Positions 38,619-53,120 of a stretch of DNA of 64,000 bases are shown here, one piece after another (position 1 is the stretch's first letter; the number at the start of each line of letters is the position of its first letter). The stretch covers positions 11,718,001 through 11,782,000 of the forward strand of contig OZ024763.1 of the NCBI GenBank assembly GCA_964016885.1. Reading direction: 5' to 3'. This stretch comes from Eledone cirrhosa. Lineage: Eukaryota. Position numbers and translations under genes: made by a program. The notes under the pieces were generated by a model that was given only the letters and a program-made list of their open reading frames with translations, did no database searches and was not told the origin of the DNA.

Positions 38619-39972
38619 TGTGTGTGTGTGTGAATATACACACACGCACATACACTTATATATATGTATATGGCTTGAATATCATAATTTAATGTTATTT
38701 AGATATATGGTTGATTAAATCTCATTGATTAAATAAGCACATCTTTGTATGAACACTGTATGTGTAAACCTGTGGCTGTGTGTATACACACTATCTATGT
38801 AAACCTCTGTGGCTGTGTATGTGTGTGTATGAACACTGTAAACCTCTGTGGCTGTGTATACACACTGTATCTATATGGAAACCTTTATGGATGTGTGTGT
38901 TTATGAACACTGTATGTATATGTAAACCTCTATGGATGTGTGTGTTTATGAACACTATGTATATTTAAACTTCTGGCGATGTGTGTGTGTTGAATGTGTT
39001 GGTGTGTTAGGAGTATGTAGGTGCCTGCTTTGTAAGTGCAGGTGTATATTGTAGCTGTTTTTGTCCAGTATGTATGTGTGTGTGCGTGATTGTATCTGTA
39101 TGTATATGTGTGGGCAATTGTGTGTGTGTGTGTGTGTATGTATGTATTGGGGGGGGGGGGGGGGTCAATTGTATGTCTATGTGATTGTATCTGTGTTTGT
39201 GTGTTGTAAAAAGTTAAAATATATCTGATTCGTTCGTTTACATAGTTGGCAGTGATTAGTAAATTTTCTCCAATGAAGAATCTTTGTATGATTAGATATA
39301 ATTAATTAATTAAGTGTTATGGTTGATTTTAAATATTAACATTTCCACATCGACACAAACTATTTAGGTTTGATCAGTTGCTGACATCATTATGTCCTTG
39401 GCTTAATTAATTGTTTTTGAAATTTGAGCCAAACTTTTTATCTTTCCTTCTTCTTCCTATCATTTTATTTTTATATATTTCCATCTTTTCATCCCTCGTT
39501 GTTTGACCTTTCCCCTCATCATATTTCTAACAAATGATGCTGCCTATGATTTCTAAATCATTTTGAAAACAATCAAGAATTTAAAGGGATATGTAATATA
39601 ATTAATTTCTTCATGATTAAACTGGTGTTTGGAACATAACTTAACAGAGGTTCTTACGTAAAATTATAACGGATGTATTGTAAATAAATGTAAATACTTT
39701 AAAATGAACAGCCTTGTGTTATAGTACCAGAAGCATTTTGGGACAGTTTCATATGAAAGGGGTTAAAGTTTGTGTTGAACTTTGTGCCTCATCTGGCCAG
39801 GATTAGTTGTTGTTGTTGTTGTATCTCACCTGCTGGTTTAGCTAGCCTACATTGAGGTTATAGTTCATTGGAGGTTCCCAGGCTGTTTTAATGATAGGGG
39901 GGGGGGGGGGGCTATAACAAGAAATGTTGGGATTTGAAATCATTACAGGAAAAAGTAGAATGCTTCAAGGTA

Positions 39973-41260
39973 TCTACCAGTCCCTCCACTCTACCACTCC
40001 CTCCACTCTACCACTCCCCCCACTCTACCACTCCCTCTACTCTACCAGTCCCTCTACTCTACCAGTCCCTCTACTCTACCAGTCCCACTACTCTACCAGT
40101 CCCTCCACTCTACCACTCCCTCCACTCTACCACTCCCCCCACTCTACCACTCCCTCTACTCTACCAGTCCCTCCACTCTACCACTCCCTCTACTCTACCA
40201 GTCCCTCTACTCTACCAGTCCCTCCACTCTACCACTCCCTCTACTCTACCACTCCCTCCACTCTACTCTACCAGTCCCTCCACTCTACCACTCCCTCTAC
40301 TCTACCAGTCCCTCTACTCTACCAGTCCCTCTACTCTACCAGTCCCTCCACTCTACCACTCCCTCTACTCTACCAGTCCCTCCACTCTACTCTACCAGTC
40401 CCTCCACTCTACCACTCCCTCTACTCTACCAGTCCCTCTACTCTACCAGTCCCTCTACTCTACCAGTCCCACTACTCTACCAGTCCCTCCACTCTACCAC
40501 TCCCTCCACTCTACCACTCCCCCCACTCTACCACTCCCTCTACTCTACCAGTCCCTCTACTCTACCAGTCCCTCTACTCTACCAGTCCCTCCACTCTACC
40601 ACTCCCACTACTCTACCACTCCCTCCACTCTACCAGTCCCTCTACTCTACCAGTCCCTCCACTCTACCAGTCCCTCCACTCTACCAGTCCCACTACTCTA
40701 CCAGTCCCTCCAATCTACCAGTCCCTCCACTCTACCAGTCCCACTACTCTACCAGTCCCTCCACTCTACCACTCCCTCTACTCTACCACTCCCTCCACTC
40801 TACCAGTCCCTCTACTCTACCAGTCCCTCCACTCTACCAGTCCCTCCACTCTACCAGTCCCACTACTCTACCAGTCCCTCCAATCTACCAGTCCCTCCAC
40901 TCTACCAGTCCCACTACTCTACCAATCCCACTACTCTACCAGTCCCTCTACTCTACCAGTCCCTCTACTCTACCAGTCCCACTACTCTACCAGTCCCACT
41001 ACTCTACCACTCCCTCCAATCTACCAGTCCCTCCACTCTACCAGTCCCTCCACTCTACCAGTCCCTCCACTCTACCAGTCCCTCCACTCTACCAGTCCCT
41101 CCACTCTACCAGTCCCTCTACTCTACCACTCCCACTACTCTACCAGTCCCACTACTCTATCAGTCCCTCCACTCTACCAGTCCCTCCACTCTACCACTCC
41201 CTCCACTCTATCAGTCCCTCCACTCTACCACTCCCTCCACTACTCTACCACTCCCACCAA
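39973..41260. repeat. ~17-18-bp minisatellite (CTCTACCAGTCCCTCCA variants)
   Basis: Tandem periodicity; explains the 449/455-aa ORFs. Confidence 0.95.
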
Positions 41261-41869
41261 CCCATCTTTATAGACTACTACAATATTCTATCCATCCCTG
41301 AAAGGAGGAACAGTTGACCATGGCAGGATCTGAACTCAGGGTGTAAGATATTGAGTCCTACACTTCACCAACTTTGTAAATCTGAGAAAAGATTGAATGG
41401 AAAAACAGGCGAATTTTTCCAATTGATACAGGTTCTCTCTTTCTATTTATTTCCCTCTCTCTCCCCTTCTCTCTCCCTCTCATTCTTTCTCACTCTCTCT
41501 CTCCTCCTCCTCTCTCCCACCCTCTCTGTCTCTCTGCAGCATCTTTGATCGTTAAAGTTTGCCTGCTAAGACCTTCTTGGGGTTACTCAGCATCACCGTT
41601 CGTTAATAATTAATTGCCATTTTTTTTTTTTTTTTAATGAATCAATGGGGTGGGGTGAGGGAGGAATGATTGATCATCATCATCATCATCATCAGCAGCA
41701 GCAGTAGCAGCATGGGGATATTGATTGGGTCTTTTATTCCTGTTTCTTTGATACTGCTGCTCTTTTAATGATAACAGAGAAACACAGCATCCTCTTCACC
41801 CACACCAGCTCTTACCCCTCTGCTTCATCTTCTTCTTGCTGTTGTTGGAGGTGGTGGTAGTGTATTATC

Positions 41870-42860
41870 ATAGCCATCACCATCACTATCATCATTATCA
41901 TTACCATTATCACCAGCACAATCATCATCATCATCAGTACCATTAGCACCATTACTATTACCATCATGATCACATATGCAGACCGCAAATATGTGGGCAG
42001 AGTCACAATCAGCATCACCACCACCACCAGCATCATCATTGTCACCACCACCACTGTCACCACCACCACCACCACCAGCATCATTACCACTACCACCACC
42101 ACCACCATCATTACCACTACCACCACCAGCATCATTATCACCACCACCACCACCAGCATCATTATCACAACACCACCACCAGCATCATCAGTCACCACCA
42201 CCACCATCAGCATCATTATCACCATCAGCACCACCACCACCATCATCATTATCATCACCACCATCATCATTATCACCATCACCATCGTTACCATTATCAT
42301 CATCATTACCAACATAAGCACCACCACTAACATCAACATAAGCACCACCAATAACATCAATATTAATCACCATTAACATTATCAACATAACCATCATCAT
42401 CAATATAATCACCCATTAACATCACCAATAGTATCAGTAACATCACCACCATCAATATAACCACTATCACCAATAAACCACCACAACCACCATCACTAAT
42501 ATAACCATCACAATCACAACCACCAATATAACCATCACAACCACCACCAATATAGCCATCACAACAACCACCACCATCACCAATATAACCATCACATCCA
42601 CCATCATCACCACCAATATAACCATCACAATCATCACCACCAATATAAACATCACAACCACCACCAATATAGCCATCACAACCACCACCAATATAGCCAT
42701 CATCACCAATAAACCACCACAACCACCATCACTAATATAACCATCACAATCACAACCACCACCACCAATATAACCATCACAACCACCACCAATATAGCCA
42801 TCACAACAACCACCACCATCACCAATATAACCATTACCCCCCCCCCCCCCCCATCACCAC
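41870..42860. repeat. (ACC/ATC)-rich low-complexity array
   Basis: Trinucleotide periodicity. Confidence 0.9.
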
Positions 42861-42967
42861 TTCTTGTCATTATTCAGTGGCGATATTGTGTTTTCCAGTG
42901 ATAACGAAGATTTTACTTTTTTAGTAATACCCACTAATTAGTTTCCCTTCACCTGGAAATACAGAAA

Positions 42968-43560
42968 CTAAAACAATAGAAAATACATAACAAAAGTATA
43001 TAAAATAACATAAAACAATAGAAAATACATAACAAAAGTATATAAAATAACATAAAACAATAGAAAATACACAACAAAAGTATATAAAATAACATAAAAC
43101 AATAGAAAATACATAACAAAAGTATATAAAATAACATAAAACAATAGAAAATACATAACAAAAGTTTATAAAATAACATAAAACAATAGAAAATACATAA
43201 CAAAAGTATATAAAATAACATAAAACAATAGAAAATACACAACAAAAGTATATAAAATAACATAAAACAATAGAAAATACACAACAAAAGTATATAAAAT
43301 AACATAAAACAATAGAAAATATATAACAAAAGTATATAAAATAACATAAAACAATAGAAAATACATAACAAAAGTTTATAAAATAACATAAAACAATAGA
43401 AAATACATAACAAAAGTATATAAAATAACATAAAACAATAGAAAATACATAACAAAAGTATATAAAATAACATAAAACAATAGAAAATACATAACAAAAG
43501 TATATAAAATAACAAAAGTATATAAAATACATAACAAAAGTATATAAAATATACAACAAA
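42968..43560. repeat. 42-bp A-rich minisatellite
   Basis: AAAACAATAGAAAATACATAACAAAAGTATATAAAATAACAT. Confidence 0.95.
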
Positions 43561-44172
43561 AGTATATAACATAACATAACAAAAACAAAACAAATACAAC
43601 TATCTGGAAAATATAATCAATTCTGTGTTTGAGAAGCTGCTAATTCAATATTAGACACACTGTTGTTACTGTTGTTGTTGTTACTGTCACTGTTGTTACT
43701 GTTGTTGTTGTTACTGTCACTTATCACTGTTATTACTGTTGTTGTTACTGTCACTGTTGTTACTGTTGTCTTTCTATTTATTATTATCTTATTCTTCCCA
43801 AGTTTTCACCTGGTAGAGAGAAGGTGAGAGCGTTTGTTTTTAATCTGTTCCACCATTCTAAGATGGAATATAATGATGTTAGCATTTAGCTCCCTCTACC
43901 TAGGGGACTACCCCTTCCCCTTCTGCCACAAAAAAAAAGAAGAAATAGTTATAGTTTTTGCTCTGCCATATAAGATGTCTCCATCTCTCCCATTTTATCT
44001 CCTTCCCCGCCAAATGTCAATCTGCCTGCATCCTTTACACCAAACAATTCTTAATTGTTTTCAAAATGATTTGAAAATAATAGATTCTTTCATTAGAAAT
44101 ATGGTAACAAAATGGTAAAGCTGTTGTATATTTATCTAAAACCCTATCATAATTGTATGTAAGAACCTTTAA

Positions 44173-44604
44173 CCCTTTAGCATTTACATTACTCTATATT
44201 TACTATTGTATTTTCACAGTAAAGGCTTTACTTTACATAATATCTCGCATAACATTTACATTACTCTATGTTTACTATTGTATTTTCACAGTAAAGGCTT
44301 TACTTTACATAATATCTCACATAACATTTACATTACTCTATGTTTACTATTGTATTTTCACAGTAAAGACTTTACTTTACATAATATCTCACATAACATT
44401 TACATTACTCTATGTTTACTATTGTATTTTCACAGTAAAGGCTTTACTTTACATAATTATCTCACATAATATTGAATCTGAGATTTTGATATTTTTTATT
44501 TTGAGAACACCTTAATATCTGTATGAGCGGCTGGTTACAGTTGATTTGAATAGAAGGAGGTGAGACAATTCTGACCAGATATGACTGGTTTAAATGATAA
44601 AGGG
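44173..44604. mobile_element. piggyBac-type MITE (family P) with TTAA duplication and internal 72-bp tandem
   Basis: TTAA|CCCTTTAGCATTT ... AAATGATAAAGGG|TTAA. Confidence 0.85.
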
Positions 44605-45088
44605 TTAAGTTATGTTCCAAACAAGCAAGTTTGTTATATTGGAATCACAAGTGACAGTTTATTTTCATTAGGAATATGGTTAATGAAAGGTTGAAGGCCA
44701 TATCATCATTTTTCTATGTCCACTTTTCTATGCCGGCATGAGTTGTATGGGATATATTGAGGCAATATTTTACAGCTGGATACACTTAGGTGGGGGTCCA
44801 GTTGGTATTTTGTTTTGAGGCTCAAGAGCTAAGAAGACCTTACAGCAACCATCTAACAGCCATTTTGAGAAAAATCTTTGCCTGCTTTGGGCCCCAAAGG
44901 GGTCTTGTACCACCTTGCAAAATTTCTTTTGGAGGCCCTTCTTCCTGGTATAACCCTTTAGTGTCTCTTCTTACAGCACACTGGGATATGGTGTACCCCT
45001 TCTAAACCAGATACATACAGCAATAAGACAATTATCTCCTGTAATGATTTAGCAGAAAATATCTTAAAACTAGTTTGTTAATTCAAAT

Positions 45089-45270
45089 GTGGACAGTGTC
45101 TTTACTAGTGGACAGTGTCTTTACTAGTGGACAGTGTCTTTATTAGTGGACAGTGTCTTTACTAGTGGACAGTGTCTTTACTAGTGGACAGTGTCTTTAC
45201 TAGTGGACAGTGTCTTTATTAGTGGACAGTGTCTTTACTAGTGGACAGTGGTCTTTACTAGTGGACAGAT
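45089..45270. repeat. 19-bp minisatellite inside a MITE
   Basis: GTGGACAGTGTCTTTACTA, about 9 copies. Confidence 0.9.
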
Positions 45271-46304
45271 TGTTGTGAAAATTTGCAAAATTAGTGTAAA
45301 GACTTTATCATTTAATGTGATGTAGTCATAGAGTTGTTTAGTATATTCCAACAATGTCTTGCTGATATGGCATCATGTGGTTTGTTAATTCAAATGTGTA
45401 CAGTACCTTTACTAGTGAACAGATTGTTGTGAAAACTTGCAGTTTTAGACTAAAGGCTGCAATATTTAATGTAATGCAACTATAATGTTCCTTTGTACTT
45501 TTAAAGAATGTCTTGCTGATGAGGCTTCATGTGGAACAGGATGTTAAGAGTTAAATGATATTTAGGTTATTGATGATGACAATGTTTTCCCAAAACGTAT
45601 TGTTTCAAGTAGAAGATCATGAGAACATTTCAAATTTGTTCAAAGTAAATTTCTTAACCCTTTTGTGACCACATTTCTAATGAATTACACAGTCTGTGAG
45701 TTTCAATTAATTTTGAAAAAATAATCAATAATTTGGAGGGGTGGTGGGATGGATTTAACAAAATGACTGATTCCTACATTATTGGTAACTCTTAACATCC
45801 TGTACCACATGAAACCACATTAGTGAGACATTCTTGAAAAGTACAAAAGAACATTATGGTTGCATTACATTAAATATTAAAGTGTCCATGGCAGCATAGA
45901 AAATGGAATTATGATGATGATGAGAATGATGGTCGTGGTATATTACTGGTACCAGATTAATTAACTCATGCTATGTGTGGAGTAGACCTTGCTGTGAAAG
46001 ACAAAGTTGACTTCCTGGAAGGAACACATGTGGGAGGAAATATACACAAAATACACTCGCTCATAGACGTACAGACATACAGACACTGGGTTCAGTCACA
46101 CTGTATAGCTCCTTAGGCAAGTATCTTCTACTACAACCTTAGGTTGACTAATGCATTGAAAGTGGAATTTAGTAGGCAGAAACCTGGCATGTATAATTAT
46201 TTTTAATTTTTTCACCAAAATGTTTTTAAAAAAGGGTCTCAAATTTCATATAGCTTAGGGTCCCAGCAGGTGAAAGTTTAGCCCTAGTCATACAGCATTA
46301 TATA

Positions 46305-46490
46305 CGGTGGATTGGCAGTATCGGTAGAGGGTTGGACGCCATGCTTTCTAGCATAGTTACGTCCTTTTACGATCTGAGTTCAAATCCCGTCAAGGTTAAC
46401 TTTGCCTTTCATCCTTACAGGGTCGATAAAATAAAGTACCAGTAACGCACTGGGGTAATTTCTGGCCTTGTGCCAGTAGATACAATGATA
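46305..46490 (+). mobile_element. tRNA-derived SINE family A
   Basis: Family consensus. Confidence 0.85.
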
Positions 46491-46689
46491 TTAAAAGTAG
46501 ATACAATTATATTATATGTTTGCGTGTGTGTGTTATATTTATGCTTGTGTCTTAATCCTGTAACTCAGTGGCTCAACAAAGAAGGGATCAATAAAATTGG
46601 TCCCAGATGTGAAAATAATATATACTGGGGTTAATATGATGAACTAGATTAAGAAGATGCCATGGTATAAAGACAGATCAATAAAAGAA

Positions 46690-47405
46690 TATGTACACAC
46701 TGCAAAGTGGTAATGTTGCTGATATGACAAAAACGCCTTGTACACACTGTAAAATGGTCGTTTTAGTGCCATGATAAAAAGTGCCCTGTCCACACTGTAA
46801 AATTGGTGCCATGATAAAAAGTGCCCTGTCCACGCTGTAAAATGGTCGTTTTAGTGCCATGATAAAAAGTGTCCTGTCCACACTGTAAAATTGGTGCCAT
46901 GATAAAAAGTGCCCTGTCCACGCTGTAAAATGGTCGTTTTGGTGCCATGATAAAAAGTGCCCTGTCCAAACTGTAAAATGGGTGTTTTGGTGCCATGATG
47001 AAAAGCACCCTGTCCACAATGTATTGGTGCCATGATGAAAAGTGCCCTGCCCACACTGTAAAATGGTCGTTTTGGTGCCATGACAAAAAGTGCCCTGTCC
47101 ACACTGTAAAATGGGTGTTTTGGTGCCATGATGAAAAGCACCCTGTCCACAATGTATTGGTGCCATGATGAAAAGTGCCCTGCCCACACTGTAAAATGGT
47201 CGTTTTGGTGCCATGACAAAAAGTGCCCTGTCCACACTGTAAAATGGGTGTTTTGGTGCCACGATGAACAGCACCCTGTCCACAATGTAAATGTGGTTGG
47301 CGTTAGGAAAGGCATTCAGCTGTGGAAACCAAGTTAGTTCTAGTCTGACTTGTCTCGTAATGGGACATCTCATGTAACTCATGCTAGCATGGCAAAATGG
47401 TGATG
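46690..47405 (+). mobile_element. SINE family B-related 3' part with a tandemly amplified internal module
   Basis: Repeated CACACTGTAAAATGG..GGTGCCATGATAAAAAGTGCCCTGTC, then GGTTGGCGTTAGGAAAGGCAT and an RTE-like tail. Confidence 0.8.
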
Positions 47406-47426
47406 ATATCTATCTGGTATATATAT

Positions 47427-47562
47427 GTGAGTCCCAGGTTCAATCAGGGGTAACCTCAGTAAGTAAAGTACTCAAAACATTTGTAGCATGTATTCCTGAT
47501 GATTTCCTTCGAATGAAACAGTTCTAGTCCTGTAGAAGCCATTTCTATATTAAATTTGTTAT
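47427..47562. mobile_element. Rearranged copy of the hammerhead-core foldback family
   Basis: GAGTCCCAGGTTCAATC...GTACTCAA joined to CTGATGAtttccttcgaatGAAACAGTTCTAGTC. Confidence 0.65.
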
Positions 47563-47749
47563 ATATATATATTGGGTTTTGCCTACCGTAATTTTCAATG
47601 TGTCAAGCTATCTAAATGTATGCTATTACTCTCAGGACCTCCTACCCTTATCGAGTGCTTTGCTACTCATTCCTTATTGGAGGTTGACTTTGCTTGGCCA
47701 CAACCAAAACTTCGATTTTACTAAGCTTCCACTTGTGTATATATATGTG

Positions 47750-47808
<59 letters not shown>

Positions 47809-47827
47809 GTATATATGTATATATATG

Positions 47828-47862
<35 letters not shown>

Positions 47863-47937
47863 GTATATGTATATATATGTATATATATATGTATATATAT
47901 ATATATATGTATATGTATATATATGTATATATATATG

Positions 47938-47977
<40 letters not shown>

Positions 47978-47980
<3 letters not shown>

Positions 47981-48170
47981 GTTATTCCGAGTTGAATCGG
48001 AGGTAACCACAGTAAGTAAGGTACTCAATACATTGCAGAGTATAAAAGTTTTAATATAGATGAGATTCTACAGGACTAGAACTGTTTCATTCTTTAGAAA
48101 TCATCAGGAATCTCTGATGATTTCTAAAGAATGAAACAGTTCTAGTCCTGTAGAATCTCATCTATATTAA

Positions 48171-48172
<2 letters not shown>
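47978..48172. mobile_element. Foldback element, inverted near-identical copy of 22056-22252
   Basis: Same palindrome and GTACTCAATAC tail, between (TA)n tracts. Confidence 0.75.
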
Positions 48173-48207
<35 letters not shown>

Positions 48208-48806
48208 CACACAGCCATATGTTTTAGTTTCTGAAGGGTTAGAACTGTGCTGCTGGTGTGGTGTAGTTGCTTCTTAAAGAAACTTCTGTGATAAATTGTG
48301 TGTGTGTGTATGTGTGTGTGTGTGTGTGTGAATATATTGACATATACACTTGTATACCCACTCTCCTTCTCTCTCCACCCCACTGGTTGTCTCCCCACCC
48401 CACCGGTTGTCCCTCCACCCACTCTCCTTGTCTCCCCATCCCACTGGTTGTCTCTTGAGAGTTAGTAAACAATGCATTGTAATATATCTTTTGACATGAA
48501 TATTTCTATGTTAATGTGTGTGTGTATATCTATCTATATATATATATGTGTGTGTGTATATATATGTATGCATGCACACACATGTAGTGTAAGGATGTTT
48601 ATAGTGTTATGTGTGAAAACATGTTCAATACATGTATGTAGAATGCTTAGGTATGTGTGTATATATGTCTGGCGTATGTGTGCATGGACATGTGTATGTA
48701 TGTATGAATGCTTGTGTGTTTTCACTCATAAAATTAGATATAAATATTTATATACACATTCTTAGAGATTTATGTATAACGGTGTGTGTGTTATCACACA
48801 TACAAC

Positions 48807-48850
<44 letters not shown>

Positions 48851-48987
48851 CATTTGTGTGTTGAAAACATGAATGCATGTAATAAAGGTTTACAAAGAAT
48901 TTTATACAATCATCATCATCATCATTTAATGTCTATTTCCCATCTTGCATGTGTACATGTATCTCTCTCTCTCTACACATATAACAC

Positions 48988-49061
<74 letters not shown>

Positions 49062-49116
49062 CCCTATACAAAGAACATTCTTCTTTCCTTTACCTATTCT
49101 ACGGAAATACTTTATG

Positions 49117-49168
<52 letters not shown>

Positions 49169-49738
49169 TATATGCACACACACTCATATAGGAGTACATG
49201 AAAAAAAGATAAAATTTACAGCTCACACCTACGTAGGTTTAACTGGCCTCATAAGAGATTTATTGGGTATTTTATTAATACGTTCCCCCAGTCCTATCTT
49301 GAAAAGCAACATGGAGTGAAGTGTCTTGCTTAAGAACACAACATGCTGCTCTGTCCAGGAATCAAACACCTAAACACTCGGCCATGGGCCTTCCTGTAGA
49401 AATTTGCCATTCATAAAATAAAAGCGGGATATATATATATGGTTGGTGTTAGGAAAGACATCCAGCTGTAAAATACTCAGTCAAATTTTAAAGTTCTCAC
49501 TAGAGCAAGGTGCGACATGGCCAACCATGATCAAACTTGGCTCCTTGCATGGACGATCTGTCTAACCCATGCAAGCATGGAAGAATAGATGCTAAACGGA
49601 AATGATGAAATATATATTATAGTGACAAGCTTATCGGAAATATGTACGCTATAATCCCTATTGCTCACATTTACTCGCTCAATGTAATAGGTTTGACTGT
49701 ATAATCGAGCGAACATGTCTCGGAGTGTTAATAAAATG

Positions 49739-49787
<49 letters not shown>

Positions 49788-49963
49788 GTTGTCAAAGACA
49801 TGGCAATCTCGCTAATGCTAGTGCCACGAAAAAATGCATTCAGTAAAACGTGGGACTGAATGTAAATGAGATGCAGACCCCTGGCCTGTCTGGGTGATCA
49901 TTAGCCCAGCATCAGTACTGAAAACCCATTTTCAGCCCTTGCTAGCAACCCTGTCAGGATTAA

Positions 49964-50156
49964 CCCTTTAGCATTTACATTACTCTATATATACTATTGT
50001 ATTTTTGTGGTAAAGGCTTTATCTTACATAATTATCTCGCATAATATTGAAGATTTTTGTTATTTATTTTGAGAACAATACCTTAACAATAGCCTGTTTG
50101 AACAAAAAGAGGTGAGAGAATTCTGGCTGGATATAGCCAGTTTAAATGCTAAAGTG
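49964..50156. mobile_element. piggyBac-type MITE family P
   Basis: TTAA|CCCTTTAGCATTT ... AAATGCTAAAGTG|TTAA. Confidence 0.8.
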
Positions 50157-50253
50157 TTAAGTGGGCAAAGAGGACTTCTTTCTCATATTCCCATCAATTA
50201 GACAAGTCCTTTCTCCAGTACAGTATCTGTCCACCTGTTTCTATCCTCTACAT

Positions 50254-50517
50254 CAGGGATTTCCAAACATTTTCAAGCGCGGAAACCTTTTAGGTTCAGA
50301 AACTTTTGGGGGAACCCTAAAGTCTGTTATCTGCTCATTATATAAATATACTCCCGCTGAGGTTGACTTTGCCTTTGCCTTTCATCCTTACGGGGTCGAT
50401 AAAATAAAGTACCAGTAATGCACTGGATAATTGCTGGCCTTGTGCCAAAAGTAGAAACAATTATATAAATATACTCCTCTACCTTTTTTTTTGCAGAACC
50501 CACTTTGGGAACCACTG
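50254..50517. mobile_element. hAT-type MITE with 8-bp TSD, carrying an inserted SINE A
   Basis: TSD CTCTACAT at 50246-50253 and 50518-50525; TIR CAGGGATTTCCAAA / TTTGGGAACCACTG. Confidence 0.85.
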
Positions 50518-50697
50518 CTCTACATATATCATCATCATCATCATCATCACTTTTATACATCTGTTTTCTGTGCTTGCATGGGTTTGACAGGTTGTCCACA
50601 TTCTGAGTTTAGCTGTCACTTGACCTTATCTTGCACATATGTTCCATTTTTTGGCTTGGTTTCTACAGCCGAGTGCTTTTTATGGAGCACCAGCAAT

Positions 50698-50728
<31 letters not shown>

Positions 50729-51773
50729 CACACACACATAGAAACACTACTTCCTGCATTGCTAACCCCCTTTGAAAGAGTGTTTGTATGTGTATATAGT
50801 TATGCTAATATATCCATGTAGTTCTCTATATACTATCTATAACTATTTCCCATATATCGCTCCCTACACTTTGCTTCTACACAGCTAACCAAAAAAAGAC
50901 TGTGTATATATGTGTGTTGTGTATATATATTACATATGTAAGTATATATCATATATTCATCATTTATTCAGTATATATATGTATGTGTGTGTGTATATCT
51001 ATGTATGTATGTGTGTGTGTATATCTATGTATGTATGTGTATATTTATATATGTATGTATGTGTATATTTATATATGTATGTATGTGTATATTTATATAT
51101 GTATATCTATGTATATATATATGTATATCTATGTATATATATATGTAGATATATGTAGATATATGTATATCTATGTATATATATATGTATATCTATGTAT
51201 ATATATATGTATATATATATATACCCCCATAGAAATGGTTACTTCCTACATGACTAAGCCCCACCAGAGAGCAACAGTATAGTTATGCTAATATATTCAT
51301 GTACTACCCTCCTGCCCGCCCCTCTCTCTCCATACACAGACACACACACACACACATATGTGTGTGTGTGTGTGTGTGTGAGTCTGATGTGTCTATCATC
51401 CCCACCTTATCAAGCAGTTACCATAAGATCTGTTATATTATTTTAGCACAATTATATATACTGTCTCTACCATCTGGTTTGAACACCACAGTCACCTCCT
51501 CTCACTACTACTGCCATCACTCCCCAACCTTCCCCTCCACCCCCTCTCTTTCACATTATCTTGTTTCCTGGATGTATCTCTCTCTCTCTCTCTCTCTCTC
51601 TCTCCCACAAACACCAACAGTACAACTGGTATCTCTCTCTTTCTTTGATGATTTACCTCACCCCACCTAAAGTAATTTTCCCTGAAAATTATGTTTCTTC
51701 TGCAGAATCCCATGGACACACATACACACACACATACATACATACATACACACACGCCCCCCCCCCCCCCCCT

Positions 51774-51819
<46 letters not shown>

Positions 51820-51859
51820 AAAATCACAACCACCAACTTACTACTACTACAACTCCAAC

Positions 51860-52350
51860 TACAATGCCACCACCATCAAGTTCAACAACCATACCACCAA
51901 CATTGCCCACCACCATCAACTATTACTACAATGCCACCACCACCACCAACAACACCAACAACTACTACACCAATACCACCAACACCGCCACCATCAACAC
52001 TGCCACCACCACCAATACCGCCACCATCAACACTGCCACTAATACCACCAACACTGCCACCAACACCGCCACCATTAACACTGACACCACCATCAACACT
52101 GCCACCAATACCACCAACACCGCCACCACCAACACCACCACCATCAACACTGCCACCAACACCGCCACCATTAACACTGCCACCACCATCAACACTGCCA
52201 CCAATACCATCAACACCGCCACCATCAACACTGCCACCAACACCGCCACCACCATCAACACTGCCACCAATACCACCACCATCAACACTGCCACCACCAT
52301 CAACACTGCCACCAATACCACCAACACCGCCACCACCAACAACAACCAAA
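51860..52350. repeat. CCA-rich minisatellite
   Basis: CCACCATCAACACTGCCACCAA variants. Confidence 0.9.
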
Positions 52351-52774
52351 TTAGTTTTCTTATTCAATATTTCTGCAGCTGCTGAGAGAGAGAGAGAGAG
52401 AGATAGATATAGAAATGGAGGGATAGAGAGATATTGAGAGAGTGGGGCTGGGTAGGAAGAAAGGGGAGTGAGAGACATTACAAAAGTTTGTTGGAAAAAC
52501 AGTCTTCTCTCTTCCCCCATCTCCCCGTCCCACTAAATTCCTGTGGTGTCTCTATACACAGTTATTGCTGAATCTGGACTTTCTCTCCCTCCCTCCCCTC
52601 TCACCCCCCTCTCTCTCCATCTCTCATCTAAAAAGTTTCCTGAGACTTTAGTACTAGAAGACACTTGCCCAAGGTGCCACCCAGCAAGATTGAACCCAGA
52701 ACCATGTGGTTGTAAAGCAAGCTCATTAACCACACAGCTATGCCTGTGTCATATATGTATATATATATATATAT

Positions 52775-53120
52775 GGAGGCACATGGCTTAGTGGTTAGAG
52801 CATTGGCCTTGCAATCGAAAGGTTGTGAGTTGTGAGTTCAATTCTCAGACTGGGTGATGTGTTGTTTCCTTAAGCAAGACACTTTATTTCACATTGCTCC
52901 AGTTTACTCAGCTGTAGAAATGAGATGATAGGGACTGGGGTCCCTATCATTCCACTGCAAAGTGGTCGTGGAGGTGCCACAGCAAAAAAGCACCCAGCAC
53001 TCACTGTAAATGAGGTTGGCGTTAGGAAGGGCATCCAGCTGTAGAAATCAAGCCAAAATCAGTTCCCGTCCCACCCTTGCAAGCAGGGAAAAGCGGACGT
53101 AAAATGATGATGATGATGAT
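52775..53120 (+). mobile_element. Full-length CORE-type SINE family B
   Basis: A box TGGCTTAGTGG, B box GAGTTCAATTC, CORE, tail GCGGACGTAAAATGATGATG. Confidence 0.92.

Noticed and set aside
39924-41301. 449/455-aa Ser/Thr/Pro-rich ORFs resembling mucin
   Set aside because: Stop-free minisatellite open in several frames, with no non-repetitive domain
51691-52520. Pro-rich and Gly-rich ORFs
   Set aside because: CCA-rich low-complexity repeat open on both strands
52775-52850. tRNA-like sequence
   Set aside because: SINE head: no complete acceptor stem, and it continues into CORE and tail in multiple dispersed copies
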